Source: a bacterium (lineage in GTDB: Bacteria; Patescibacteriota; Saccharimonadia; Saccharimonadales; SZUA-47). From it: a stretch of DNA of 64,000 nucleotides. Below, piece after piece: positions 1 through 10,312 of the stretch; the stretch's first letter is position 1, and each line of letters opens with the position of its first letter. The notes below the pieces were generated by a model. That model was not told where the DNA came from, did not search any database, and saw only the letters and a list, made by a program, of their open reading frames with translations. The stretch is taken from the NCBI GenBank assembly GCA_009923445.1, contig RFTN01000003.1, positions 65,260-129,259 on the forward strand, given 5' to 3'. Both the position numbers and the translations under genes were made by a program.

Positions 1-968
1 CAAAGTTGTCTTAAGTATTCATCTTGATTTAAATTGTCAGGACATGGAAATGGGGGAAGCAATGGCTTGTTTAAAATATTGTATTCTTCACATAAATCAG
101 CAACAAAGTTAGTATTATCTATTTCTTCCTCGGTATGAAGACTATTCATCTCTTCTTGAGATAAAATGTGAAAATTATCTGATGTGAAAAAGCAACCCAA
201 TGGTACTTCTTCATTATTACTAATTTTTCGACTAATATCTGGTAAAGTTGTTTTTAGATTATTACAAAGTAGAATTCTTTGATCTATAGCGTCTTGTTTT
301 TCAGCATAGTGTGCATCTGGGGTGCAAACAATTTTAGTATTAGTTTTTTTACCAAGTTCTCTTATAACATCTGTTAGGTCTTTTTGTATCGGGGTATTAT
401 TAACATCCATTAATTGGGCTTCTAAAAAGATATTATTAGAACCAAAAATATCTTTGAGACTATTTATAGTATCAACTCCAATATTAGACCAATCTTTAGA
501 TATTGTATTATTATTCATTATTTTATCGGCTACCAAAGACCCAAGGTGGCCACAAATACCAAGCAGATTACCGTCACAGAATGGCGCTAAACGCTCAAGA
601 TTGAGGCGTGGCTTGTAATAATAAAAATCCGACCTGTTAGACTCTGAAACCAAACGTATTAAATTTTTCCAACCTTGAAGGTTTTTGGCCAATATTAAAA
701 AATGTGTTAAATTCCTATTAGTTTCATCTTGTATGATGGGGTCTTTATCACACAAATAAATTTCACACCCCAATATTGGCTTAATTCCATTTTGTTTCAT
801 CTCTGTGTAAAATTTCACAGCCCCGGCTATATTTCCATGGTCAGTTAATGCACAAGCTGATGCCCCTATATCTAAACATCTTTTAGCTATGGTTTTAGGC
901 TTACTTAAACCATCTAGCAAAGAATACATTGAGTGACAATGTAAAGGAATATATTTTTTATTTGTCAT
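1..968 (-). CDS. dnaE: DNA polymerase III alpha subunit (DnaE-like), N-terminal PHP domain; gene continues past window start
   Basis: Absent from ORF track (no stop inside window). Own translation from ATG at 968: MTNKKYIPLHCHSMYSLLDGLSKPKTIAKRCLDIGASACALTDHGNIAGAVKFYTEMKQNGIKPILGCEIY, the HxH..S.LDG / TDHGN PHP signature of DnaE. ATGA start-stop overlap with upstream gene. Confidence 0.85.
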   Translation of the reverse strand, partial: MTNKKYIPLHCHSMYSLLDGLSKPKTIAKRCLDIGASACALTDHGNIAGAVKFYTEMKQNGIKPILGCEIYLCDKDPIIQDETNRNLTHFLILAKNLQGWKNLIRLVSESNRSDFYYYKPRLNLERLAPFCDGNLLGICGHLGSLVADKIMNNNTISKDWSNIGVDTINSLKDIFGSNNIFLEAQLMDVNNTPIQKDLTDVIRELGKKTNTKIVCTPDAHYAEKQDAIDQRILLCNNLKTTLPDISRKISNNEEVPLGCFFTSDNFHILSQEEMNSLHTEEEIDNTNFVADLCEEYNILNKPLLPPFPCPDNLNQDEYLRQL

Positions 969-1963
969 TCTGCACTTCCTGGCGCTTTGTACTTACCCAC
1001 AGTATAACCTGGAACAGTGTACTGTGCAACAACATTTTTTATGCCTTTGAGTTCGATATCATGTTTAACTTGTTCACACTTAGTCATATAAGAATCTTTT
1101 TTACATACCTGGCCCTCCCTGTATTCTGCTACTGGGGGTATTTGACTATTATCAAATGTGGTTTTGCCGAAATGGCACAATTTATTACATTTCCATGTTT
1201 TATTAAGCTTGGGTTTTTGTGTATTTTTTATAATTTCAAATTTTGATCTAAGCATTTGTTCTGTTTGTGCAAGATCTTTTTTATCAAAACAAATGGAAAA
1301 AGCTCCGCCGTCGTTTATAAAATTAATGGAAACCATACAATGATCAATATCAGGATATAAATGACTAGCAGCATAATGATATATTCTGAGTTGAGGATCT
1401 TGTTGTAATTTTTCCAATGTTTTTTCCTGCCCTGTCGCCCAATCTAATCGGCGTCCAGTTTTCCAATCAATAATTTCCATAGTTTTATCATCAACCCTGG
1501 TAATTAAGTCTATAGTTCCTTTGATAGCTAAATTGCCTTCAAGAGGACCTTCTGAAGTATCATATTTATATTTTGCCCACGGTTTTGCAATCTCAATATC
1601 AAAATGTTGTTCTGGACATATGATGTCTCTATTTCTTGGATCAAACATTCCATTGTTATATTCTAGAGCTTTATAAACCCAAGAGTGACAATCTTTATAG
1701 TCTTTGACCTCCCACTCATGGTGGGTAAATTTGCTAGTATAGTAATTATATACTTTTTCTATAATGGTATTTAAATTATATTTATTTACTAAAACTTTTC
1801 CAATAATATCATCAATAAAAAAATCTTCTTTGTTTTGTATGTTTAATTTAACATATGCTAGTATTTCTAATACTTTATGTACTATGGTGCCTTTATCCGC
1901 CTTTTTATTGGAAGGAGAACGATACCCTAAAACATACTCCATGAAATATTGATGCTCACACAT
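965..1963 (-). CDS. PD-(D/E)XK nuclease, Cas4/RecB-exonuclease-like
   Basis: 332 aa; core motif GTIDLITRVDDKTMEIIDWKTGRR; N-terminal Cys (MCEHQ) plus C-terminal CNKLC..C..C cysteines as in Cas4-type Fe-S nucleases. Confidence 0.6.
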   Translation of the reverse strand: MCEHQYFMEYVLGYRSPSNKKADKGTIVHKVLEILAYVKLNIQNKEDFFIDDIIGKVLVNKYNLNTIIEKVYNYYTSKFTHHEWEVKDYKDCHSWVYKALEYNNGMFDPRNRDIICPEQHFDIEIAKPWAKYKYDTSEGPLEGNLAIKGTIDLITRVDDKTMEIIDWKTGRRLDWATGQEKTLEKLQQDPQLRIYHYAASHLYPDIDHCMVSINFINDGGAFSICFDKKDLAQTEQMLRSKFEIIKNTQKPKLNKTWKCNKLCHFGKTTFDNSQIPPVAEYREGQVCKKDSYMTKCEQVKHDIELKGIKNVVAQYTVPGYTVGKYKAPGSAE

Positions 1964-2001
1964 AGAGTGTGTAGCGTAGCTGGAGCTTCTTATGTATGTA
2001 A

Positions 2002-2589
2002 TTATAATTTTAGTATTCCTTTATTAGATAGAAAACGATATATTTCTTTATTTTTTTCTTCTATGGTCATAGAAGTATTAAATACTATATAATCAAATTT
2101 ATGCCAATCATAATTATGTTTATCTAAAGCTATTTCAGCAGGAGCGTTGGAGTTGAATGGGTCTAGAGCCAATCTGATAACATGCCCACCGTATGCTTTA
2201 ATTGAATCAACCTCGTTTGGAAATCTACAATCTGGTATAATAGCAATATCAAGATTATCTTGTTTAATTTTATTGATAGTAGCATCTATCCATACATTGT
2301 TTTTTAATTTACGAAAAATGCTGGTGCCAATAATTTCCATAGCTTCTCTTGCTGTAAGTTGTTTATCGTCCCACACTAAATCGGTTAAGGTATTTTTGTT
2401 CTCATCTGTGCCATAACATTGATCATATGTTAGGCCTAAAATATTCATGCAAATATCTTTTTTCAGAGGATCAGCAAAATTATATATCTTATATGTTATA
2501 TCTTTATTATTAATTAAAGAAACAACATAATCAGCAGCTGTACTTTTTCCCGACTGTTTTCTGCCTGAGAATGCTAATATTTTAGTCAT
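2002..2589 (-). CDS. deoxynucleoside monophosphate kinase (T4 gp1-like)
   Basis: P-loop FSGRKQSGKSTAADY; REAMEIIGTSIFR..NVW and IIPDCRFPNE motifs resemble the T4 dNMP kinase family. Confidence 0.6.
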   Translation of the reverse strand: MTKILAFSGRKQSGKSTAADYVVSLINNKDITYKIYNFADPLKKDICMNILGLTYDQCYGTDENKNTLTDLVWDDKQLTAREAMEIIGTSIFRKLKNNVWIDATINKIKQDNLDIAIIPDCRFPNEVDSIKAYGGHVIRLALDPFNSNAPAEIALDKHNYDWHKFDYIVFNTSMTIEEKNKEIYRFLSNKGILKL

Positions 2590-3739
2590 ATAGTTTTTCT
2601 AATATGGGTTTAATTTCTGTATTTATTTCTTCTGTGGTCATTTCCCCAATATCCGGTTTAGATATTTTGGGAATATAAATTCTGTATGTATGACTACATC
2701 TTTCTTTGATTTTTTGTGCTGCTGCAAATCCGGCTTCATCATTATCAGTTAATATTACAAGGTTCATAGCTCCAGAGGAATCTAGAAAAAACTTTTGTCT
2801 ATCACTTAATGAAGATCCAAATATAGCAACACTATTATGAATACCGTTTTCCTCTAATCTCCATACATTACCCGGACTTTCTACGATAATAACAGTAGAT
2901 GTTTTCAATATATAATCTTTTGCAAACCAAAAGTTGTAAAGATGGTTTTGGCTTTTAAAATCTATATTATGCTTCCATTTAGAAAATTTCCAAGCTGATT
3001 CATGATTTGGACAATCATTTTGAGGATCATGAAAACTTTTACAGTTGCTGCATTTCTCAAAAATACTTCGTCCGGTACATCCTATCATATTTGTATAGTC
3101 ATTATTATATATTGGTACCACAATCCTATTATACATTTCTTTATTAGGATTAGAACATAGGCCAACATCATATTTAATTAATATCTCTTTCGAATAACCT
3201 CTATCAATATAGTATTGTGCTGGAATATCTAAACTTTTTTGTACAGCATCTCTGGTGATACCGCTGCTTTGCTTATTTTGTTTTTCATTATTAATATAAT
3301 GTACTACATTAGCAAAGCTTTTCTTTTCTATATCAGATTTGGAAACTTTTAATTTACTGAGATCTTGTTTTGTAAAAGATAAAGCAAAATCTAGAGCTTC
3401 TTGAAAAGAACACTGATTATCTCCTGGTTTATTCCATCCATAGTTTCTATTGGATAAAACACCTCTAATAAAACCAAGAATAGAACCTTTAAATATCTTT
3501 TCACAACCATGGGTTCTGCATATCCAATTACCTCTGTAGTGTTCGCCATCGGGGTATATATTGATTGCAGATACATTGTCCCCATTATGGATTGGACAAG
3601 ACATTGTGATCATTTTTGGATTAGTTTTGTACTCAATACCGAAAACATCCAATAAGTTTTCAATATTATCACAAACTAGGTCACAAATAATCTTTAGTTT
3701 AGCTTGATCAATTGAACGGGATCGCTTCATTGTTTTCAT
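2582..3739 (-). CDS. DnaG-type DNA primase
   Basis: Zinc finger CPIHNGDN...CRTHGC followed by TOPRIM motifs VESPGNVWRL and ILTDNDEAG. Confidence 0.8.
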   Translation of the reverse strand: MKTMKRSRSIDQAKLKIICDLVCDNIENLLDVFGIEYKTNPKMITMSCPIHNGDNVSAINIYPDGEHYRGNWICRTHGCEKIFKGSILGFIRGVLSNRNYGWNKPGDNQCSFQEALDFALSFTKQDLSKLKVSKSDIEKKSFANVVHYINNEKQNKQSSGITRDAVQKSLDIPAQYYIDRGYSKEILIKYDVGLCSNPNKEMYNRIVVPIYNNDYTNMIGCTGRSIFEKCSNCKSFHDPQNDCPNHESAWKFSKWKHNIDFKSQNHLYNFWFAKDYILKTSTVIIVESPGNVWRLEENGIHNSVAIFGSSLSDRQKFFLDSSGAMNLVILTDNDEAGFAAAQKIKERCSHTYRIYIPKISKPDIGEMTTEEINTEIKPILEKLYD

Positions 3740-5165
3740 CGTCTACTATAAATCCGTCTTGTGGTTTTTTAATATTGTTTACAATCTCTAGTCTAGTTTT
3801 ACCTTCAATGATCTTGGCACACCAGCCTTTCATATGACAATTAATATAATCGTTATCATCTAATCCTCCTCCATGCCTACTGATTAGCGGAACTAATTTT
3901 CGATTCCCATTATCTGGACCATCCTCTGCTATTTCTTCATCACTTTTCCTCTTAAAGATACTAAAGTTACTACATAACCATATAATTCTATCAGACCCGC
4001 TAGCAGTATCGGTGCTCTCCTTTGTTATACCGTCTCTATTTAATTGTATAAAAGCCATAATTGGAACTTTATATCTTACAGCAAAATTATGTAAACTGGT
4101 CATCATAAATCCTAATACCTGGTATTCTTTCAGGTCTTGGCTAATACCAGCACTATCCATTAGTTTAAGATAGTCATAAAAAATCACACAATCTTTAGCA
4201 CTACCATCTGGATTTAATCCCACATCTTTCATAATCCAGCGTCTCATTATTGCTAATTGTTCTTCAAAAGGTTTACCAGCAATAGAATGATGATAAAAAT
4301 TCATACTTTTTAGCTGATTAACAGCTTCATTAATTTTAATCTTATTAGATGCAGATTCGCTAAATTTTCCTGTTTCAATAACATTGATTTCTGTTTCAGT
4401 CATCATTGCTAAAATTCTATTTATATGATCATTTTTTGTCATTTCAGTATCCATATTTAATACTGGAATACCTAATTTAGCGATATTATAACCCATATTA
4501 TCAGACAATAATGTTTTACCAGTTTTGGGTCTAGCAGCAATCACGTTTACTGTACCTTTTCTAAGTCCTCCTCCAATAGCTTGATCATAAACAGGAAATC
4601 CAGTAGAAATCCCCACCTGATCAATCTTATTTTCTTCTAGGTATTTAATATAATCATCTAGTCCATCCCCGACTGTTTTGGGATGATTTTCTGTGCCATC
4701 ATTAATTAAAGAAGAAAAATTAAATACTGTATCTTCGGCTATAGATACTATATTTGTAATAGGTTCAGTTCCTGTTACTTCTAATAGTTTATCTTTAGCT
4801 TCTTCTAGTTGATTTCTTAATAGACGAGCAATTTCTAATTTTCTAATTTTAGCAGCAAATTTTCTTACATTTTCTATATTTACTGGAAAATCTAAGATAG
4901 CCTTAAGGTGTTGGGCCTCTTCTTTTTTGCTCAGAATATTGGATACTCCAATTTCTTGAGCCATAGAATAGATAGATGCAATATCTATTGTGGCATTTTG
5001 CTCTTTTTCGCAAATCTCCTTAATACATCTATAAATAATATTATTACTATCTATAGTAAAAGAAGATGCCTGGATAATATCTGCAACATCTATATAAGCA
5101 TCTTTACCATATTTACATATACCAGCTAATACGGCTCTCTCTGCTGCCGGGTCACACAAAATCAT
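3708..5165 (-). CDS. dnaB: replicative DNA helicase (DnaB family)
   Basis: 485 aa; N-terminal AAERAVLAGI DnaB motif, Walker A IAARPKTGKT, RecA-like C-terminal domain (IQLNRD). Confidence 0.85.
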   Translation of the reverse strand: MILCDPAAERAVLAGICKYGKDAYIDVADIIQASSFTIDSNNIIYRCIKEICEKEQNATIDIASIYSMAQEIGVSNILSKKEEAQHLKAILDFPVNIENVRKFAAKIRKLEIARLLRNQLEEAKDKLLEVTGTEPITNIVSIAEDTVFNFSSLINDGTENHPKTVGDGLDDYIKYLEENKIDQVGISTGFPVYDQAIGGGLRKGTVNVIAARPKTGKTLLSDNMGYNIAKLGIPVLNMDTEMTKNDHINRILAMMTETEINVIETGKFSESASNKIKINEAVNQLKSMNFYHHSIAGKPFEEQLAIMRRWIMKDVGLNPDGSAKDCVIFYDYLKLMDSAGISQDLKEYQVLGFMMTSLHNFAVRYKVPIMAFIQLNRDGITKESTDTASGSDRIIWLCSNFSIFKRKSDEEIAEDGPDNGNRKLVPLISRHGGGLDDNDYINCHMKGWCAKIIEGKTRLEIVNNIKKPQDGFIVDDENNEAIPFN

Positions 5166-5180
5166 ATTTTTCCTTTTAAA

Positions 5181-5558
5181 TTATCCTGCTGAAATAGCGC
5201 ACTTGTTGCACTTATACCTGTCAATTGACTCTATAATAGACGGATCGACCATATCTGTCCTGTGACAAACTCTACAAGAAACCTCTATTGGTTTGAAAGC
5301 TTCTCTGCGAGGTGTTGGAGATAATGATCTAGTTAGTTTTTTATCAATAGCAATGTCTTCTTTGTGCATGTTAATTTCTGGCATATTATCAAATTTATTG
5401 ATATTTTTTTTACCAGATGAAGACGATCTTGATTTTTTACCACTTTTTGTTTTTTTAACAACAGGGGTGTTGTCCGGTTCCTCTTCTGTTTCGCTGTGTT
5501 CCAAACCCTTTTGTAGTATAGCAATTAATGCTTTTATATCATCATTATTAAGAGCCAT
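5181..5558 (-). CDS. hypothetical protein with C-terminal zinc ribbon
   Basis: 125 aa, Lys/Ser-rich centre, CRVCHRT...CNKC at C-terminus; packed between neighbours. Confidence 0.45.
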   Translation of the reverse strand: MALNNDDIKALIAILQKGLEHSETEEEPDNTPVVKKTKSGKKSRSSSSGKKNINKFDNMPEINMHKEDIAIDKKLTRSLSPTPRREAFKPIEVSCRVCHRTDMVDPSIIESIDRYKCNKCAISAG

Positions 5559-6036
5559 GCTTCACCTTTGTCTTTTGAACAGATAGAATAATATCAGATA
5601 AATTTTTTAATGAGTTTGCAAGATAAGATAGCCTATCAGATCTTTGTTTAGCATACTTTTTTATATTATTTAAACTATTAGCTTTATCATTATGCTTAAT
5701 GGCTTGTATAGATTTTTCTATATATCCGTATCCCTTATAATTGTTGATTTCGTCTGCAATAACTTCTTTGATACTTTCTTCTGCCCAATTATATCTTGCT
5801 AATTCTCTATTAATAGTTCTTTGTGTATGGAAAGAAAATTGTGCCAATCTATATGAAATTTGCGCACAGTCTTCTGGACTCAATTTTTCAATAGTATCTC
5901 TATTCATTGATAAATATTCATTTAGTTCTGAAGACGGTAGACCATCAGCTTTGTATTCCGATAACCCTATGCTTTGCTCATACTCATCTAATACGCTGTC
6001 CCAATATTGCAGATCTTCTTTCGCTGTTTTACTCAT
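5548..6036 (-). CDS. hypothetical protein (replication module)
   Basis: 162 aa ORF overlapping both neighbours by a few nt; no motif recognised. Confidence 0.45.
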   Translation of the reverse strand: MSKTAKEDLQYWDSVLDEYEQSIGLSEYKADGLPSSELNEYLSMNRDTIEKLSPEDCAQISYRLAQFSFHTQRTINRELARYNWAEESIKEVIADEINNYKGYGYIEKSIQAIKHNDKANSLNNIKKYAKQRSDRLSYLANSLKNLSDIILSVQKTKVKHGS

Positions 6037-6439
6037 CTGATAACCTCTTATTCCATTCTTCTATATTTTCATTATAGGGTAGGATAATTTGTTTAATCAT
6101 ATTAATTTCACACCATTCTGTTTTTTCTTTATCTCTTTTTTGAGCTTTTAGAAAACCCAACATATTATTGTGATAAAATGGTACAAATTTATAGTGTTGC
6201 TCACCATGAACTTCAATACAAGTTTTTGTTAATGGTAAATAAAAGTCTAGATATAAAACCTCTGAACGCCGTAATTGTATGGGTACTTCTTCCAAAATTT
6301 GTAAAGTTGGATATTTATTAGTAATCAATTCTCTGGCTTGTAAATGTAAACTCGATCTATTGGAGGTTCTTCCTTTAGACATATTTCCAGTTAAATGCCA
6401 TTGATGAGTATTACCATCTAAATCTTTTATCAGGCTCAT
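6029..6439 (-). CDS. DUF559/Vsr-like PD-(D/E)XK endonuclease (possible homing endonuclease)
   Basis: Motif LYLDFYLPLTKTCIEVHGEQHY matches the D..(I/V)E(V)(D/H)G.QH core of Vsr/DUF559-type nucleases; inserted between helicase and recombinase genes. Confidence 0.45.
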   Translation of the reverse strand: MSLIKDLDGNTHQWHLTGNMSKGRTSNRSSLHLQARELITNKYPTLQILEEVPIQLRRSEVLYLDFYLPLTKTCIEVHGEQHYKFVPFYHNNMLGFLKAQKRDKEKTEWCEINMIKQIILPYNENIEEWNKRLSDE

Positions 6440-7449
6440 TTTATGCCCATAGTCTCTTTTACTGTTTTAAGTAAAGTTTGATATACTTCAGGATTATCTA
6501 CTAAATATTGTCTAATTTTTTCTGTACCTTGAAATTTTGGCTTATCTTCTAAACTAGTCAAAGTATACCAAGCGCCTCCTTTATGAATTAATCCTATATC
6601 AGAAGCAAGCTGCACTAATTCCATTTGTTTATCTATTCCTTGTCCATATCTGAGATAGCTAGTAATACTTGCTCCCGGAGGACCAAGAGCAGAACATACT
6701 ACTTGCCATTCTATTTCCTGTCCTATTTGTGTACTATCAGCACTTAAAATCCATGGTTTAAAACTTTTAGCCCTTAACTTGATATCTGTTTGGTAAGCTA
6801 TAGCCTGACCACTTTTCTCTTTAAATTCTGCACCATATCCCGTGGGATTACCCATTAAGTGTGTGATACCAATAACAATATTTTTATTAACTGGAATAAC
6901 ATTCGCTACCTTACGACAGAATTTAGCTAATAATTTAGCTCCATCTGCTCTTTGCATTTTATCCATATCACTAGTAATTTCAGCTTCAGTACATAAAGCA
7001 GAATAAGAGTCTATAATAAGTATGGATCCTGGTATTTCATTAATAATTCTTTCAGCAATTTGTAGATATTCTTCGCCGTGTAAAATTTTACCTTGTTGAG
7101 AACCTATAACATGAAACTTATCTAAGTTCAAGCCTACTATGCCTTCAAGATCTCTTTTTTTCAATCTACCTTCGATGTTTAAGTAATACACTTCCCTACC
7201 ATCTTTAAAAGAACCATAAGCATATTCAGGTCTTTGGGCTGTTGCACAAAAATCTAAAGAAGATGTTGTTTTACCACACTTAGGTTGTCCTGTTAATACT
7301 ACAAAACTACCCTCGGGAATACCTCCATTTAAGACAATATCTAGAGATGGACTAACTGGAATAGTAATGACTTTTCTATCTACAACAGCATTACCTGTGA
7401 GAATAATATCATCGCCAAAATTTTTTAATACATCTTCTTTAAAACTCAT
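6436..7449 (-). CDS. RecA-superfamily recombinase (UvsX/RadA-like)
   Basis: 337 aa; Walker A GQPKCGKTT, Walker B ILIIDSYSAL, overall RecA-core layout. Confidence 0.8.
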   Translation of the reverse strand: MSFKEDVLKNFGDDIILTGNAVVDRKVITIPVSPSLDIVLNGGIPEGSFVVLTGQPKCGKTTSSLDFCATAQRPEYAYGSFKDGREVYYLNIEGRLKKRDLEGIVGLNLDKFHVIGSQQGKILHGEEYLQIAERIINEIPGSILIIDSYSALCTEAEITSDMDKMQRADGAKLLAKFCRKVANVIPVNKNIVIGITHLMGNPTGYGAEFKEKSGQAIAYQTDIKLRAKSFKPWILSADSTQIGQEIEWQVVCSALGPPGASITSYLRYGQGIDKQMELVQLASDIGLIHKGGAWYTLTSLEDKPKFQGTEKIRQYLVDNPEVYQTLLKTVKETMGIK

Positions 7450-7867
7450 TGTCTAAATCCTTTAATCTTGAAATAATATTGTTTTGTTGCTGTGTTTGTC
7501 GAAAAATCTTCTTATCTGATCTATCTATAGAAATAGACAGGTCTTTATTCTGTGAGTCTAATTGCTTTTGTTCTTCCTCTATTAATGGTATTAAGTGTGG
7601 CGCTCTTAAAGAATATATTTTAGCTGCTTTCTTATTATTTAGTGCTTTAACAATAGCAGTGTCTGAATATGTTTTTAAAAGCTTATGGGCAGATGCTATC
7701 TGATTACGATAATATGCTGACCAATCTTTGGTAATCCAAAACTTATAGTGTAGATCTTGTTTATTATTATATGCTTTTCTTTCACATATTATTTCAGTAA
7801 TATATTGTGCGGCAGAAACCGTTTTACCGTTTGAGTATTTTGAAGGATACTTGTTTGGTTTTCTCAT
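7439..7867 (-). CDS. hypothetical protein
   Basis: 142 aa basic ORF, co-directional, overlaps downstream start; no motif recognised. Confidence 0.45.
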   Translation of the reverse strand: MRKPNKYPSKYSNGKTVSAAQYITEIICERKAYNNKQDLHYKFWITKDWSAYYRNQIASAHKLLKTYSDTAIVKALNNKKAAKIYSLRAPHLIPLIEEEQKQLDSQNKDLSISIDRSDKKIFRQTQQQNNIISRLKDLDNEF

Positions 7868-7876
7868 GCCATTATA

Positions 7877-8203
7877 TTAGTTTCCGCGAGGTCTAAAGAT
7901 AGCGTTTCTTGCTGTTCGAGAAATCACGTTACCCATATTCTTAATAACCTCGTCTCCTTTTGTTGACGCGGCTTGTGTCATAATGCTAACGCCTTTATTA
8001 TTAGATTGAGTTTTATTTAGCACTAATTCATTATCAGTTGAAGAAATATTTGTAGGAATACTATTGTTTTTAGATAACTGTAAAACATTCTCTACTTGTT
8101 TTTTAGTTAATCCTATTTCTTTAGCAATGGTTTTAGTTTCCATTTGTAGCACAGAATGTAGGTACTTAACCGCATATTCATGTATCTTTGTTACTTTTGT
8201 CAT
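7877..8203 (-). CDS. putative HTH DNA-binding protein
   Basis: 108 aa; N-terminal TKTIAKEIGLTKKQVENVL looks like a helix-turn-helix. Confidence 0.4.
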   Translation of the reverse strand: MTKVTKIHEYAVKYLHSVLQMETKTIAKEIGLTKKQVENVLQLSKNNSIPTNISSTDNELVLNKTQSNNKGVSIMTQAASTKGDEVIKNMGNVISRTARNAIFRPRGN

Positions 8204-8610
8204 CAGAGCAACTCCCTTTCTGCATTATTAAGCCATGCTATATTTTTAGTTCTTAAAAAGGTAACATATTGATCAAAAATACCTTTATTCACTTCTTTAA
8301 AAACCCACTCATTTTTACCAATTTTAGCTAAGAATTTTGATTCTTTCCCTTCTGAGTACATTCCAATAGGATTGTAGATTCTACCATAAGTACCTACTTT
8401 AATAAAAAATTTTGTGGATAATGAGGTTTCAATAATTTTAGCAAGTGTTTTTGATGTTTCTTTAGTAAGTCTAGGATTATTATCTTGATCTAAATAATCG
8501 TGTTCTCCAAGCACACAATAATATGTTTCTTTACGATTCACATTATTGGGTTTAGATGGATTAGGATGAAATATAAAGTCTTTATTTGCTTCAGTCATTA
8601 TTATACCCAT
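8203..8610 (-). CDS. hypothetical protein
   Basis: 135 aa ORF abutting neighbours; no motif recognised. Confidence 0.45.
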   Translation of the reverse strand: MGIIMTEANKDFIFHPNPSKPNNVNRKETYYCVLGEHDYLDQDNNPRLTKETSKTLAKIIETSLSTKFFIKVGTYGRIYNPIGMYSEGKESKFLAKIGKNEWVFKEVNKGIFDQYVTFLRTKNIAWLNNAERELL

Positions 8611-8951
8611 TTTGTTTTAATTTTTGGACGATTGACTCTTGACATACCTTTTGGTAATTGTTTGTTAGTTGGTTTTTCTTTGTAATCATTGTGCTTACGT
8701 TTTAAATGTTCTTTTTCGTCATCGCTCATTCTGTCTGTATTTCTCAAAGCAAGATCTCCAATAGTTTTAAGTTCAGAATCTGATTTTTTAACAGATGCGG
8801 ATTGGGTTGCTACATCATCTATATATAGTCTATATATATGTTTATTAGACTTACAATATTCGCAAGGGGCGGCATCATTGTAGTCTTTAATCCTACATAC
8901 TAATTCGTATTTTTTTTTACATTTTTCACAAAAAAAGGTATATATTGGCAT
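8601..8951 (-). CDS. FmdB-type zinc-ribbon protein
   Basis: Start moved to ATG at 8951 (MPIYTFFCEKCKKKYE...CEYCKS = FmdB CxxC..CxxC ribbon); TAATG overlap with the HNH gene stop. Confidence 0.55.
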   Translation of the reverse strand: MPIYTFFCEKCKKKYELVCRIKDYNDAAPCEYCKSNKHIYRLYIDDVATQSASVKKSDSELKTIGDLALRNTDRMSDDEKEHLKRKHNDYKEKPTNKQLPKGMSRVNRPKIKTKWV

Positions 8952-9532
8952 TATAAATAAGCTTCCGGTATATAGCATAGCCATTCATTAGGTACGTCTG
9001 ATCTTATCTTATTGAGCTGATCGGTGATCGGCAAGTATTTATAATTTTTCTTTGGTGCTATTGGTAAATTTTTAAGAGGCATATTAGCTTGTTTAGGTGT
9101 TCTACTACCTTTTTTCCTGTTGCAATTAACACAAGCTGTAACTATATTAGTCCAATTTGTTGGTGACAAAGATGAGATATTGGGCCACATAGATTTAGGA
9201 ATAACATGATCATATGTTAAATAACTAATACTAGGACTAGATCCACAATATTGACAAGTATAATTATCTCTAATATAAATATTTTTTCTAGAGAACTTTA
9301 CAGTATTATTATTAATTCTATAATATTTATTGGTTTTGGTTACAGCTGGTATGGGATATTTTTTATTATTTGCACCTAAAATAAAATCATTTTTATAAAA
9401 ATCAATAATTTCAAGTCCTAGATTAGTATTTTCATATTTAATTGACCAAACCATAGCTTTCTTCCAACTAATAATACCAAGTGGACTATAGTCAGAATTT
9501 AAAACTAGACATTTAGCGTTTTGTTGGTTCAT
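8951..9532 (-). CDS. HNH endonuclease
   Basis: CQYCG...YDHVIPKS...NIVTACVNCNRKKGSRTP is a classic HNH motif. Confidence 0.8.
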   Translation of the reverse strand: MNQQNAKCLVLNSDYSPLGIISWKKAMVWSIKYENTNLGLEIIDFYKNDFILGANNKKYPIPAVTKTNKYYRINNNTVKFSRKNIYIRDNYTCQYCGSSPSISYLTYDHVIPKSMWPNISSLSPTNWTNIVTACVNCNRKKGSRTPKQANMPLKNLPIAPKKNYKYLPITDQLNKIRSDVPNEWLCYIPEAYL

Positions 9533-10244
9533 TTTCGTAAGAGTCTAATCTAGCAATAATTTTACCAATAATTGGATGTCTAATTATATCAGTAAAATCT
9601 AATTTACAAATTCCTATTCCTTCTACATCTGTGAGAGCCTGTGTTATATTATAGAACCCTCCCTGCATATGTCTAATGAGGTCAGATTGGCTTGTATCTC
9701 CGGTTAATACCATTTTGCTATTGTTACCTATACGAGTTAACAACATTTTAATCTGATCATATGAAGCATTCTGACACTCATCCGCAACAATAAAAGAGTT
9801 GTGGAAATTACGCCCTCTCATTAAACCCAATGGAACTATCTCAATTTTATTATTAGTTTTTAAACTATTATACTGAGCAGCTGGAATGAAGTGATGTACT
9901 TCGTCTAATAACGGCAAAAGATATGGATGTAGTTTTTCTTCTGCTGTGCCGGGTAGATATCCAATTTTTTCTCCGCTTTCCACCACTGGTCTGGTAATAA
10001 TAATTTTCTTAACTTTATCATCTAATAAATATTCCAAAGCCATACCAATAGCAATATGGGTTTTCCCTGATCCTGCAACGCCTTGACAAAAAGTAATATG
10101 GTTTTCAGCTACTGTTCTAATATATTCTTTTTGATTTTCTGTTCTAGGTTTTAATCTGTTTCTATAAGTTTGAGGAATATTAAGTTCATTGGTAAGATCG
10201 ATTGTTTTGTTTTTCTTTTTGGAATTTTTATTATTTTTTCTCAA
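9513..10244 (-). CDS. phoH: PhoH-like ATPase
   Basis: CQGVAGSGKTH Walker A, FIVADECQN, VLTGDTSQSD motifs; TTG start at 10244 preceded by AAGGA. Confidence 0.9.
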   Translation of the reverse strand: MRKNNKNSKKKNKTIDLTNELNIPQTYRNRLKPRTENQKEYIRTVAENHITFCQGVAGSGKTHIAIGMALEYLLDDKVKKIIITRPVVESGEKIGYLPGTAEEKLHPYLLPLLDEVHHFIPAAQYNSLKTNNKIEIVPLGLMRGRNFHNSFIVADECQNASYDQIKMLLTRIGNNSKMVLTGDTSQSDLIRHMQGGFYNITQALTDVEGIGICKLDFTDIIRHPIIGKIIARLDSYENEPTKR

Positions 10245-10312
10245 TTGTTATCCTTTGCTATAGAGATGGATGTACCAAGAATACATTATAGTACACCGTT
10301 TACTACAGCTGA

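Noticed and set aside
322-1246. Plus-strand ORFs 322..618, 929..1246 and 1158..1343
   Set aside because: They lie antisense to the clearly homologous dnaE and nuclease genes, and the first uses a GTG start with no ribosome-binding site.
10245-10312. Perfect TATAAT box upstream of phoH
   Set aside because: The sequence 17 nt upstream (atcagc) bears no resemblance to a -35 element and no TG extension is present. This is too weak to call in an AT-rich genome.
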